From contig CANFCX010000002.1 of NCBI GenBank assembly GCA_947445225.1, forward strand, positions 26,119 to 90,118: a stretch of DNA of 64,000 nt, read 5' to 3'. How positions within the stretch are numbered: the first letter of the stretch is position 1; each line of letters begins with the position of its first letter. The notes below the pieces were generated by a model that ran no database searches, was not told the origin of the DNA, and saw only the letters and a program-made list of their open reading frames with translations. Both the position numbers and the translations under genes were made by a program. Of this stretch, positions 39,403-49,273 are shown in pieces. Source of the stretch: Rhodospirillales bacterium (GTDB taxonomy: Bacteria > Pseudomonadota > Alphaproteobacteria > CACIAM-22H2).

Positions 39403-40349
39403 TCGCCGACCCGCCCGGCCGCTACTTCGTACTGCTCTATCACGGCGTTCATGCCGATGATCTCGAACTCGGCCACCGCAATAGTTCGGGAAAACATGTG
39501 CCGCGCTCGCGTTTTGCCGCCGAGATGCGGCATTTGGCCGCGAACCGCCCGGTCGTGCGCTTGAGCGACATCGCCGCCGCCCATCGCGGCGAGCGCGACC
39601 TGCCGGCGGGTGCGGTCGCCGTCACCTTCGACGACGGCTTCTACAACAATCTCGCCGAGGCGCTGCCTGTTCTTGAGAAATTCGGCGTCCCCGCGACCTT
39701 CTATCTCGCGACCGGATTCATCGGCACCGGCCGCGCGATTTGGACCGACCGGTTAGAGGCAGCGATTGTGCAGACCAAACGCGACCGGCTGACTCTTGTT
39801 TTAAGCGGCGTGGAGACGCGTTTTCCCCTGACCGACAGACAATCCCGCCTAACCGCCCTATCCGCGGTCAAACGTGCCTGCAAAGGCCTGCCCAACGCCG
39901 ACAAGGACATCGTGGTGGCCGAGGTCGAAGCGCAGCTACAGGCTCAAGCCGACCCCAATCACCCGCTTTATCGCTTCCTCGATTGGGACGACGTGCGGAC
40001 GATGAACCGATCCCCCGTTGTCGATTTCGGCGCGCACACCGTGGACCATGTTTCGCTGGCGAAAGTGCCCAGGGCGGAGATGCGGCGGCAAATCGACGAC
40101 TCGGTGGCGGCTCTGGAAAGCGCATTGCAGCATCGCTGCACGTTGTTTTCCTACCCCGAGGGGCAGGCCGACGATTACGACGACCATGTCATCGGCCATC
40201 TGCGCGAACGCGGCTTCGATCACGCGCCGAGCGCCATGGCGGGGTCCAACGATCTTGGAATCACCAACCCCTTCCATATCCGCCGCGACATGGTCGGGTT
40301 CGAGAACCGGCCCTATCCATTCATGCCCCAACCGAAGAACGCGGCATGA
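39399..40349 (+). CDS. polysaccharide deacetylase (NodB homology domain)
   Basis: VTFDDGF and His-ligand motifs; ATGA overlap both ends. Confidence 0.75.
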   Translation: MIADPPGRYFVLLYHGVHADDLELGHRNSSGKHVPRSRFAAEMRHLAANRPVVRLSDIAAAHRGERDLPAGAVAVTFDDGFYNNLAEALPVLEKFGVPATFYLATGFIGTGRAIWTDRLEAAIVQTKRDRLTLVLSGVETRFPLTDRQSRLTALSAVKRACKGLPNADKDIVVAEVEAQLQAQADPNHPLYRFLDWDDVRTMNRSPVVDFGAHTVDHVSLAKVPRAEMRRQIDDSVAALESALQHRCTLFSYPEGQADDYDDHVIGHLRERGFDHAPSAMAGSNDLGITNPFHIRRDMVGFENRPYPFMPQPKNAA

Positions 40350-41362
40350 TCCTGTTCGGTCGCGATCTTGATAAGGATGTGGCCGTGGTCGCCGAAATCG
40401 GCGTCAACCACGAAGGCAACGTCGATGTGGCCTCCCGCATCCTTGCCGCCGCCGCGAAGGCCGGGGCCGATGCGGTCAAGCTGCAAAGTTACACGCCCGA
40501 GCGTTACACCTCCGCTTCGGACGCCGAACGTTTTGCCCGAGTCTCGCGCGTCGCCCTCGACATCGCCGCCCACGACCGCCTGGCAGCGGAGGCCAAGGCA
40601 ATCGGCATTCCCTTGTTTTCGACACCGCTTTCCGAAGATTGGGTCCAGCCGATCGCGGAATTCGCTCCGGCCATCAAGATCGCGAGCGGCGATCTGACGT
40701 TCGAGACCGTGATCCGCGCCGCCGCCCGCACCGGCAAGCCGGTCCTCCTCTCGACCGGCTGCGGTGTCGTCGATGAAATCGACCGGGCCGTGGGTTGGGT
40801 GCGCGACGAGGTTGGTCCGAAGGCATTGAACGAAAGGTTGGTTCTGCTGCATTGCGTGTCCGGCTATCCCACGCCCATTGAGCAGGCCAATGTGCGCGCC
40901 GTGCCTTTCCTGAAGGCACGGTACGGCCTGCCGGTCGGCTACTCCAACCATGTCATCGGGTCCGAGGCCGTGCTGGCCGCCGCGGCTTTGGGGGCGGCGG
41001 TTATCGAGGTCCACGTTACCGATGCCAATCTGCGGGAGACGAGCAGCTTCCGCGATCACCGTCTGTCGTTCACCGGGCCGGAACTGGCGGCGCTCATCCA
41101 ATCCATCCGGGGCGTGAAATCCGCGCTGGGCGATGCGGCGAAGACCGTGCAGGCGGCGGAGGCCGGGAATCGAGACGCAATCCGCAAGGGGATCGTCGCC
41201 AAACACGACCTTGCCGCGGGTGTCGTGTTGACCGATGACGATCTGCTCTATGCGCGCCCGGCAACACAGTTCCTCGCCGCCGAACGTCCGACACTTATCG
41301 GCCGGCGTTTGCTGCGCGCCTTGCGCCGGGGTGAGATCGTTCCGCGGGACGCGGTGAAATAA
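40346..41362 (+). CDS. N-acetylneuraminate synthase family protein (NeuB/LegI/PseI-type) with SAF domain
   Basis: VVAEIGVNHEGN...KAGADAVKLQ N-terminus and C-terminal SAF-like domain. Confidence 0.85.
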   Translation: MILFGRDLDKDVAVVAEIGVNHEGNVDVASRILAAAAKAGADAVKLQSYTPERYTSASDAERFARVSRVALDIAAHDRLAAEAKAIGIPLFSTPLSEDWVQPIAEFAPAIKIASGDLTFETVIRAAARTGKPVLLSTGCGVVDEIDRAVGWVRDEVGPKALNERLVLLHCVSGYPTPIEQANVRAVPFLKARYGLPVGYSNHVIGSEAVLAAAALGAAVIEVHVTDANLRETSSFRDHRLSFTGPELAALIQSIRGVKSALGDAAKTVQAAEAGNRDAIRKGIVAKHDLAAGVVLTDDDLLYARPATQFLAAERPTLIGRRLLRALRRGEIVPRDAVK

Positions 41363-41365
41363 TCC

Positions 41366-43192
41366 ATGTGCGGCATTGCCGGCGCCATCCATAGAAGCCC
41401 GCTCGATGATAAGCGCATCGCCGCGACCTTCGCCGCGATGAAGAACCGCGGACCCGATGGCAGCGGCGTCCATCGCGGCACATTGGGCGGCTTTTCCGTG
41501 ACGCTGCTCCACACGCGACTTGCCATCATCGATCTCGATCCGCGCGCCAATCAGCCCTTCATTCGCGGCAACCTCGTGCTCATCTACAACGGCGAAATCT
41601 ACAATTACGTCGAGCTGCGCGCGGAGTTGGAGGGGCTTGGACACCGCTTCACGACGACATCGGATACCGAGGTCATCGTCGAGGCATGGCGGGAGTGGGG
41701 AAAGGCGTCGTTCGACCGCTTCGAGGGGATGTGGGCCTTCGCCCTTCTCGATACGGCCAAGGATCGTTTGATCCTGTCGCGCGACCGCTTCGGCGAAAAG
41801 CCGCTTTATTTCATGCGCCATGACGGCGCGTTGTATTTCGCTTCCGAGGTGAAATTTCTCGAGGCGCTTTCGGGTCATCGGCCCGCCGCCAATCTTCGCC
41901 AGGTGCGGCGCTACCTCGTTAATGGCTACAAGTCGTTATACAAGGGACAAGACACCTTCTTCGACGGCGTCGGCGCGTTGCCGGCCTCTACCTTCGCCGA
42001 GATGGCCGGTCCGGATTTGCCCATGCCCCGCCGCTATTGGCGACTGGAATACGCCCCACAGGCAATGTCGGCGCCTGACGCCGCCGATGGCGTGCGCGCA
42101 CGTTTGACGCGAGCCGTCGAAATCAGGCTGCGCGCGGACGTCCCGGTTGCCTTCTGCCTGTCCGGCGGCATCGATTCGGGAACCCTGGCGGCCCTGGCCG
42201 TCAAACATTTCGGCGCCCGCCTACATGCCTTTTCGATCATTGACGGCGACGCCCGCTACAACGAAAGCGCCAATATCGCGACCGTGGTCGAGGATCTCGG
42301 CTGCGAGCATCATATCGTCCACACATCGACCGAGGGTTTCCTCGATCGCCTTGACGCGCAAATCGCCTATCACGACGCCCCGGTGGCGACGATCACCTAT
42401 TACCTGCACGCGTTCCTGTCGCAGGCGATCGCGGCGCGCGGCTATAAGGTGGCGATCTCGGGCACGGCCGCCGACGAACTCTTCACCGGCTATTACGACC
42501 ACTACGCCTTCTGGCTGGCCGAACAGCGCGACCGCAACGATTTCCCGCATGTCCTCGACGAATGGCGCAAGAGTTATGGCGCCTTTGTCCAGAACCCGTT
42601 GCTCCAAGATCCCCTCCGTTTCGTCGCCGAGCCCTGCGCGCGCGACCATATTTTCCTGAACGCGGACTTCTTTTCTTCCCTGTTGCGCGATCCCTTCGAC
42701 GAACCCTTCGCGGAGGCGGCCTATAGCGGCAATTTGCTGCGGAACCGGATGCTGAACGAACTCCAACACGAATCCATCCCGGTGATCCTCGGCGAGGACG
42801 ACATGAATTCGATGGAATATTCCATCGAGAACCGTTCGCCCTATCTCGACCGCGATCTGGCGGAGTTCGCTTATCGGATTCCCAACGCGCACCTGATTCG
42901 CGACGGCTTCGTCAAATGGCCGCTGCGCGAAGCCGGGGCCGGAAGCCTGCATGACCGCGTGCGCCTGGACCGGCGCAAGCGGGGATTCAATGCTTCCATC
43001 GAATCGCTGCTCGACCGCCGCGATCCGCGGGTTCGGGAGCGCCTGCTCGCCCCCGGTCCAATTTTCGACGTGGTTGATCGCAAGCGTTTTCTCGAATTCT
43101 TCGACGCCGACATGACCGACAACAGTTTCTCGAAATTCCTGTTCAGTTTCGTTTCGGCGCGCCTGTTCCTCGATCGCCGAGCAGCGGCTTGA
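41366..43192 (+). CDS. asparagine synthetase B-type glutamine amidotransferase (copy 1)
   Basis: MCGIAG nucleophile, PP-loop CLSGGIDS. Confidence 0.85.
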   Translation: MCGIAGAIHRSPLDDKRIAATFAAMKNRGPDGSGVHRGTLGGFSVTLLHTRLAIIDLDPRANQPFIRGNLVLIYNGEIYNYVELRAELEGLGHRFTTTSDTEVIVEAWREWGKASFDRFEGMWAFALLDTAKDRLILSRDRFGEKPLYFMRHDGALYFASEVKFLEALSGHRPAANLRQVRRYLVNGYKSLYKGQDTFFDGVGALPASTFAEMAGPDLPMPRRYWRLEYAPQAMSAPDAADGVRARLTRAVEIRLRADVPVAFCLSGGIDSGTLAALAVKHFGARLHAFSIIDGDARYNESANIATVVEDLGCEHHIVHTSTEGFLDRLDAQIAYHDAPVATITYYLHAFLSQAIAARGYKVAISGTAADELFTGYYDHYAFWLAEQRDRNDFPHVLDEWRKSYGAFVQNPLLQDPLRFVAEPCARDHIFLNADFFSSLLRDPFDEPFAEAAYSGNLLRNRMLNELQHESIPVILGEDDMNSMEYSIENRSPYLDRDLAEFAYRIPNAHLIRDGFVKWPLREAGAGSLHDRVRLDRRKRGFNASIESLLDRRDPRVRERLLAPGPIFDVVDRKRFLEFFDADMTDNSFSKFLFSFVSARLFLDRRAAA

Positions 43193-43809
43193 CGGCGACG
43201 ATCGCCATCGTGGACTACGGACTGGGCAACCTTACGTCGGTGGCCGGGGCGGTCGAACGGCTTGGTTTCTTACCCAGGCTTGCCGCCGACCCCGCCGCGC
43301 TGGAAACCGCCGACAAATTTATCCTGCCGGGGGTTGGCGCCTTCGGCGATGGAATGGCCGAGCTGCATCGGCGCGGCCTCGCCGACGCGCTGAACCGACT
43401 GGTTCTGGGGGCGGGCAGGCCGATCCTGGGCATTTGCCTGGGCGCTCAACTGCTCGCCCGCGGCAGCGCCGAGTTCGGCGATCACCGCGGCCTGGGGTGG
43501 CTGGACGCCGAGGTTGTTCGCATCGACCCAGCGGACACGAACCTGCGCGTCCCCCATGTCGGATGGAACGAGTTGCGCCGGAAACGCGATAGCGTGTTGT
43601 TCAAGAACGTCCCCGACGACGCGCTTTTCTACTACGTCCATAGTTTTCACATTTGCGGCGACCGCGACGTCATCACCGGCGAGACCGATTACGGCGGCCC
43701 GGTGACGGCGACGGTCGAGAAGGGGCGCATTTACGGAACCCAATTTCATCCCGAAAAGAGCCAGCGCCACGGCCTCACCGTCTTGCGCAATTTCCTCGAA
43801 GAGGGCTGA
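43189..43809 (+). CDS. HisH-like glutamine amidotransferase subunit (WbuY-type)
   Basis: IAIVDYGLGNL, GICLGAQLL catalytic Cys, HPE; TTG start overlapping upstream stop. Confidence 0.85.
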   Translation: MTATIAIVDYGLGNLTSVAGAVERLGFLPRLAADPAALETADKFILPGVGAFGDGMAELHRRGLADALNRLVLGAGRPILGICLGAQLLARGSAEFGDHRGLGWLDAEVVRIDPADTNLRVPHVGWNELRRKRDSVLFKNVPDDALFYYVHSFHICGDRDVITGETDYGGPVTATVEKGRIYGTQFHPEKSQRHGLTVLRNFLEEG

Positions 43810-43817
43810 GGAGGGTC

Positions 43818-44564
43818 GTGTTACGCAAACGCCTGGTGACCGTCCTCACCTTCAACGACGGGGTCTTGTTCCGGACGAAGGATTTCCTGCCGGACTATCG
43901 CTATACGCTCAATTTCGTGGATGCGTGGTCGGTGGACGAAATCGTTGTCCTCGATGTCACGCGGCCGGGCAGCGGCCAGCGGGCCAATTTTCTCGAGGTC
44001 GTGCGCCGTTTCGCCGGTAAGTGTTTCGTGCCGCTGGCCGCCGGCGGTGGCCTTCGCCATCTCGATGACGTGCGCGAGATGATGGGCATCGGCGCGGACA
44101 AAGTCGTGGTCAATTCCGCCGCGATTCGGCGGCCGGAATTCATTACCGAAATCGCGCGGGCCTACGGCGCGCAATGTGTTGTCGTCTGCATCGACGCCAG
44201 AAAGCGCGCCGAGGGCGGCTATGAAGTATTCGCGGATTTCGCGTCCTCCCCCACCGGCCTGACACCGGAAAATTGGGCACAGGAGGCGGTGCGGCGGGGA
44301 GCCGGTGAGATTCTTATCCAGGCCGTGGACCGCGATGGGTCGCTCGAGGGTTATGATCTCGAACTCTGCCGGGCGGTCGCCGATGCGGTCGACGTACCGG
44401 TCCTGATCCTCGGCGGCGCCGGCCAATGGCAGCACTTCGTCGAGGGATTCCGGGAGGCCCGCGCCTCCGCCGTGTGCACCCAAAACATCTACCACTTCAC
44501 CGAGACCGCGATCAAAAGCGCGAAGACCTTTCTTACCAAAGCCGGAATCGAAATCCGCCCATGA
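43818..44564 (+). CDS. HisF-like cyclase subunit (WbuZ-type)
   Basis: (beta/alpha)8 HisF signatures (VPLAAGGG, DKVVVNSAA); GTG 43818 preceded by GAGGAGGG. Confidence 0.85.
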   Translation: MLRKRLVTVLTFNDGVLFRTKDFLPDYRYTLNFVDAWSVDEIVVLDVTRPGSGQRANFLEVVRRFAGKCFVPLAAGGGLRHLDDVREMMGIGADKVVVNSAAIRRPEFITEIARAYGAQCVVVCIDARKRAEGGYEVFADFASSPTGLTPENWAQEAVRRGAGEILIQAVDRDGSLEGYDLELCRAVADAVDVPVLILGGAGQWQHFVEGFREARASAVCTQNIYHFTETAIKSAKTFLTKAGIEIRP

Positions 44565-44587
44565 TGTCGTTCACCATCGAGTAGGCA

Positions 44588-45697
44588 ATGTTCCAGTTCT
44601 GCAAAAAATGTCTGATGCCGTCGAGCAGGCCCCGTATCGGCTTTAATCCCGAGGGGATATGCAACGGTTGCCTCAATGCCGAAGAAAAGAACCATGTGGA
44701 TTGGGGGGCCAGGGGCCAGGAATTCCTGGATCTCATCGCCGCCTATAAATCCACGGATGGTAGTTGGGATTGTGTCGTGCCGTGGAGCGGCGGCAAGGAT
44801 TCAAGCGCGATCGCATGGCGGCTGAAATTCGACTACGGCCTTAATCCGCTACTCGTCACGTTTTCGCCGATGATCCCCTCCGAGATCGGGCAACACAATC
44901 GCGAACAGATGCTGAAGGCTGGATTCGACCACCTTCTCGTCCGGCCGAATCAGAAAGTAGCGCGCCACCTCGCCCATCGCTTTTTCGTCGAGCGTGGCAA
45001 CCCCAAGGTGGCCTGGGACGCCGGCGTTAATACGATCCCCTTGCAGGTCGCCGTGCGGTATCGCATCCCGCTGGTCTTTTACGCCGAACATGGCGAAAGC
45101 GAATATGGCGGCAAGGTCCGCAACGAAGAGTCGAAAAAAATTCGCGACTTCACCGAAGTCATCGAACATCAGATCGGCGACGATCCGCGCAACTGGGTCG
45201 ATGACAAGATCGGGGCCGGCGATCTCAACCCCTATCACTATCCCGACCGCGACGCCGTCGCCGCCGTGGGCGTGAAGGCGCTCTATTTCGCCTACTTCCA
45301 CCGATGGGACGTGGTGTCCAATTACGAACTCATCGCCGAAAAGATCGACTTCAAGACCGTTCCCTGGGGCCGCAGCGAAGGCACGTTCACGAGTTTCGAC
45401 AGCCTCGACGACAAGATCGACGACCTCTATTACTACCTTCAATTCATCAAATTCGGATTTGGCCGAGCCGTGCGCGACGCCAGCCGGCAAATCCAAAACG
45501 GCCGCCTGACCCGCGCCCAAGGTCTGGACCTAGCCCAACGTTATGACGGCGAGTTCCCTGGGGAACATATCGATGCCACGCTCGAATTCCTGGGCCTCGG
45601 CCGCGGCGAGTTCGAGCACATCGTCGATCTTCATCGCAATCCCGAAATCTGGACGATTCAAGGCAATGAATGGCATTTGCGCAACCCGTTGCGTTAA
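44588..45697 (+). CDS. N-acetyl sugar amidotransferase (WbuX/PseA-like, PP-loop)
   Basis: N-terminal CxxC...CxxC (CKKCLMP...CNGCLN) and PP-loop VPWSGGKDSS typical of TIGR03573-type proteins. Confidence 0.8.
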   Translation: MFQFCKKCLMPSSRPRIGFNPEGICNGCLNAEEKNHVDWGARGQEFLDLIAAYKSTDGSWDCVVPWSGGKDSSAIAWRLKFDYGLNPLLVTFSPMIPSEIGQHNREQMLKAGFDHLLVRPNQKVARHLAHRFFVERGNPKVAWDAGVNTIPLQVAVRYRIPLVFYAEHGESEYGGKVRNEESKKIRDFTEVIEHQIGDDPRNWVDDKIGAGDLNPYHYPDRDAVAAVGVKALYFAYFHRWDVVSNYELIAEKIDFKTVPWGRSEGTFTSFDSLDDKIDDLYYYLQFIKFGFGRAVRDASRQIQNGRLTRAQGLDLAQRYDGEFPGEHIDATLEFLGLGRGEFEHIVDLHRNPEIWTIQGNEWHLRNPLR

Positions 45698-45720
45698 TTC
45701 GACATTGAGAAAGGCCGAGG

Positions 45721-46596
45721 ATGCCGAACGTTAAGCACACGAATTTTCCCTGCGACCTATGCGGCGCCGACCGACCGGTCGAGGTACCGCATAGCCGCGA
45801 ATACACCGGCGACCAGCCCATCCACATCTGTGGCCAATGTGGGTTTGTCTATGTTCGCAGCCGGCGATCGGCCAAGGACATCGCGGCGTCCTGGTCCGAC
45901 GACATCTTCGGCGAGGGGTACACGGCCCGCATCCCGGCGGTGACCGCCCGGCTGACCTTTGTCGCCGCCTTTCTCGACGAACAAATCGGGCTGAAGGGCA
46001 AGACGTTATGCGACATCGGCGGCGGCGAGGGTGAATTTCTCCGCATCGCCGGTGGGCAGCCCTATGGCGCCCGTACCTTCGGGATCGAGCCGTCGCCGGC
46101 CAATTGCGCCCGGCTTCAAGAGCTTGGCATCGAACATTTCAACGGCACGATCGAGGATTATCGGGATCGGCCGGAAGGGCAAAAACGTCGCTTCGACGTC
46201 GTCACCATCATGTGGACGCTGGAAAATTGCCAGTCCTGCCGCGCCATGCTCGACGCCGCTCATGACGTGCTCGCCGATGGCGGTCACATCCTGGTGGCCA
46301 CGGGCAGCCGCCTGCTCGTGCCGTTCAAGAAGCCGCTGCACTATTATTTGAGCAAGAACCCGGCCGACACCCATTGCTTCCGGTTCAGCGCCAATTCCTT
46401 GCGCGGAATTCTCGCCGTTTCCGGCTTTGCTCCCGTCGCCATCAATCGTTATGTCGATCAGGACTGGCTGGTCGTGGTCGCACGCAAGGAGGCCAAGGGT
46501 AAATCGATCCCCTGGCAAGGGGACGATCCCAAGGCGATGTCGGATTTCTTCGAACGCTGGCACCGCGACACCCAAACCCATTTCCGAGACATTTGA
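45721..46596 (+). CDS. class I SAM-dependent methyltransferase with N-terminal Zn-ribbon
   Basis: CDLCGA...CGQCGF Zn-ribbon then motif I LCDIGGGEGEF. Confidence 0.55.
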   Translation: MPNVKHTNFPCDLCGADRPVEVPHSREYTGDQPIHICGQCGFVYVRSRRSAKDIAASWSDDIFGEGYTARIPAVTARLTFVAAFLDEQIGLKGKTLCDIGGGEGEFLRIAGGQPYGARTFGIEPSPANCARLQELGIEHFNGTIEDYRDRPEGQKRRFDVVTIMWTLENCQSCRAMLDAAHDVLADGGHILVATGSRLLVPFKKPLHYYLSKNPADTHCFRFSANSLRGILAVSGFAPVAINRYVDQDWLVVVARKEAKGKSIPWQGDDPKAMSDFFERWHRDTQTHFRDI

Positions 46597-47684
46597 CGGC
46601 CGCCCCCATGCCCCAAATCCCCTATGACAGCTTCGTGGCGCCGCTCGCCGGCCAGCGCATCCTTCTGGTCGGCGGCGCCGGTTTCATCGGACACAATTTG
46701 GCCCTGGCGCTTCGTCGCGCCAATGCCGAGGTCATGGTCGCCGACAATCTGGTGGTCAACAACCTGATCGCCAATGTCGGCGACCCGGCGCTCGATCCCC
46801 TGCGCCGGCAGATGTATCTCGACTTTCTGCTCGACCGGTTCAGCCTGATGCGCGATGCCGGCGTGTTGATCCGCAATGCCGACGCCCGCAACTTGACCGA
46901 TGTCACGCGCCTCTTCGATGAATTCAAACCCAACAAGGTCGTTCAATTGGCGGCCATCGCCAGCGCCGTCGATGCCCGCAAGGATCCAGGCCTTTGTTTC
47001 GACCTTCAACTCCTCACCCTTCGCAATGTGCTGGAATTGTGCCGTCGCGGCGGTGACCTGATCGAGGTGATGTTTCTTAGCTCCAGTACCGTCTACGGCG
47101 ATTTCGAGACGCCGACCGTGGATGAGGCCACCCGCCCCCAGCCCCGCGGCATCTATGCGAACGCGAAATACATGGGCGAAAGACTGGTTCGCACTTATGC
47201 CGACCAACATGGCATCGCCTGCGTCGTGGTTCGTCCCAGCGCGCTGTATGGCGAACGTTGCATCAGCGGGCGCGTCTCCCAGGCCTTCATTGAAAACGCG
47301 CTTTCGGGGAAACCGTTGTTGCTCGAGGGCGGCGGCGATGGCCGGCTCGATTTCACCTATATCGAGGACCTGGTGCAGGGCATGGCGCGGGCGCTCTCGC
47401 TTAAAAAGCGCCCGGGTTACACGAACACGTTCAATCTGACCTTCGGCAACGCGCGCACCATCGCCGAGCTTGCGGCCATCGTTAAGAGCGTCGTGCCAAC
47501 GGCGAGGCTGGAGGAGAGACCGCGCGCCGCCGACAAACCGGTGCGCGGCACGCTGTCGACCAAGAAGGCCGAAGAGGAGTTGGGCTTCAAGGCTGGGTGG
47601 GCTCTGGAAACTGGGTATAGGCAATATTGCGAGTGGTACGCGGATCAATGGCAACGCACGGTCGCGCGGCGGAACCACGGTTGA
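46593..47684 (+). CDS. NAD-dependent epimerase/dehydratase (extended SDR) family protein
   Basis: ILLVGGAGFIGHNL Rossmann, YxxxK (YANAKYMGE); TTG 46593 or ATG 46608. Confidence 0.8.
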   Translation: MTAAPMPQIPYDSFVAPLAGQRILLVGGAGFIGHNLALALRRANAEVMVADNLVVNNLIANVGDPALDPLRRQMYLDFLLDRFSLMRDAGVLIRNADARNLTDVTRLFDEFKPNKVVQLAAIASAVDARKDPGLCFDLQLLTLRNVLELCRRGGDLIEVMFLSSSTVYGDFETPTVDEATRPQPRGIYANAKYMGERLVRTYADQHGIACVVVRPSALYGERCISGRVSQAFIENALSGKPLLLEGGGDGRLDFTYIEDLVQGMARALSLKKRPGYTNTFNLTFGNARTIAELAAIVKSVVPTARLEERPRAADKPVRGTLSTKKAEEELGFKAGWALETGYRQYCEWYADQWQRTVARRNHG

Positions 47685-49273
47685 CCGCGATCCCGCGACG
47701 CGTGAATGAGGCGGCACGGGCTGTCGCCTTCGACTTGGAGGCGATGGAACGCGACCCGGCGTGGCGCGAAAGCGTGGCGTGGCCGCTGTCGCCGGTGGAA
47801 ATCGCGTCCACTGTCGATGCACTTACGCAACGGTGGCTCGAATTCCTCGATACCCTTCGCGACGAGGGCCACCGTGACGTCGCGGTGCTGGCGGGATTGA
47901 CCCTCGTCGCAACCGCCGGCTGGTTGGCGGAGTCCGCCCTCGCCGTGACTCGCGAAGAACATGCCGGAATTCGCCTTCGCGGCGGCCCTGCCGAACTGCC
48001 CTGGCTACGCGGCGAAGTGGACACGCCGCCGCGCGCGGCTGGTCTTTCCCGCATCAAACCGCCTTCCGTACCGAAATACGCCGCCATTCGGCGCGCGCTA
48101 CGCACGGCCAGTTGGACCGCGCCGTGGCGCCTGCCGCGCGCCCTGCTGGCACCGCGCGCGACCGCGATAAGCCACAACCCGATGTTGGCGACGGCGGCGC
48201 GGCGTTTTCCGGGCGGCGTCGGGTTTAGGCATGCGGAGAGTCTGCTTCTCGACGTCCGCTCGCGGACGGTCGAACCGCTGTTCGCCGTTGGTGAACTGGC
48301 GGCGGCGGCTGCCGCGGCGCTCGCCCGGATCGGCGGACTCGGCGACATCGTCCGCCGGCGTCTCGAGCGGCTCGTCTTGGACCAGGCGCAAAGCCTGTTT
48401 GAGCAGGCAGCCCGCGACCTGGCGGCGATTCGCCAGATCCGCCTTCCCGAAATCCTGTGGTCGGGGACCGGGGGGTATTGGCCGGCGCGGGCCGCGGGGC
48501 TGGAGGTTCTGCGACGCGGCGGCGAGGTTGTCCGCTTCGATCATGGCGGCACCTTCGGCATGTTGGCCAAACTTGAGGACACCGCCCAACGTGAATTTAC
48601 CGCGGCCGGCCGTTACGTCGTGGCCACGGAAGCCGTGGCCGCCATCGCAGGGCTGGCACACCCCGAACGTATGGTGCCGTGGCGAAGCTGTCGGATCGAG
48701 GGCGCCGGTGGCGATCCGGCCTTCGCCGCCGTTCCGATTGCACCGCGGCCGGCGAAAGTCGGGCGGCGGCTGGCCGTCTACGCCCCGACATTACTCCGTG
48801 GCTACCGGCAACTGCCCCAACCCTGGCTTGCCGATCCGATCTATCTCGACTGGCAGTTGCGTTTGGCCGAAATGTTGAAGGCCTCACCGGTCGATGTCTT
48901 GTGCAAGCCGCATCCCGAGGGGCTCCTGCGCGGTCGGCCCCATCCCCTCGCCGCGGTCGCCGACACCACCTATGTCCCGTTTGAAGACGTGATCGACACC
49001 GCCGATGTCTTCGTTTTCGACTTCGCCTCGACGACCGCCTTTTGGAAGGCGCTGTGCACCGACCGGCCCGTGGTCTTCATCGACATGGGCATGGCCCCGT
49101 TCGCGGCGCCGGTCGCGGCGATGATCGCGCGCCGCTGCCGAGTCATTTCCGCGAAAATGGACGAAAGAAATCGGCCGATCGTCGATGCCTCGGCATTTGG
49201 CGAGGCCGTGGCCGGAGGTCCAGGACGCGCGGACCCTTCGGACTTCCGCCGCCTGTTGGCCGGAGAGACATGA
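47648..49273 (+). CDS. hypothetical protein, possible Capsule_synth-like transferase
   Basis: C-terminal FDFASTTAFWKALCTDRPVVFID segment reminiscent of KpsC/S motif; start ATG 47648 or TTG 47681. Confidence 0.3.
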   Translation: MATHGRAAEPRLTAIPRRVNEAARAVAFDLEAMERDPAWRESVAWPLSPVEIASTVDALTQRWLEFLDTLRDEGHRDVAVLAGLTLVATAGWLAESALAVTREEHAGIRLRGGPAELPWLRGEVDTPPRAAGLSRIKPPSVPKYAAIRRALRTASWTAPWRLPRALLAPRATAISHNPMLATAARRFPGGVGFRHAESLLLDVRSRTVEPLFAVGELAAAAAAALARIGGLGDIVRRRLERLVLDQAQSLFEQAARDLAAIRQIRLPEILWSGTGGYWPARAAGLEVLRRGGEVVRFDHGGTFGMLAKLEDTAQREFTAAGRYVVATEAVAAIAGLAHPERMVPWRSCRIEGAGGDPAFAAVPIAPRPAKVGRRLAVYAPTLLRGYRQLPQPWLADPIYLDWQLRLAEMLKASPVDVLCKPHPEGLLRGRPHPLAAVADTTYVPFEDVIDTADVFVFDFASTTAFWKALCTDRPVVFIDMGMAPFAAPVAAMIARRCRVISAKMDERNRPIVDASAFGEAVAGGPGRADPSDFRRLLAGET

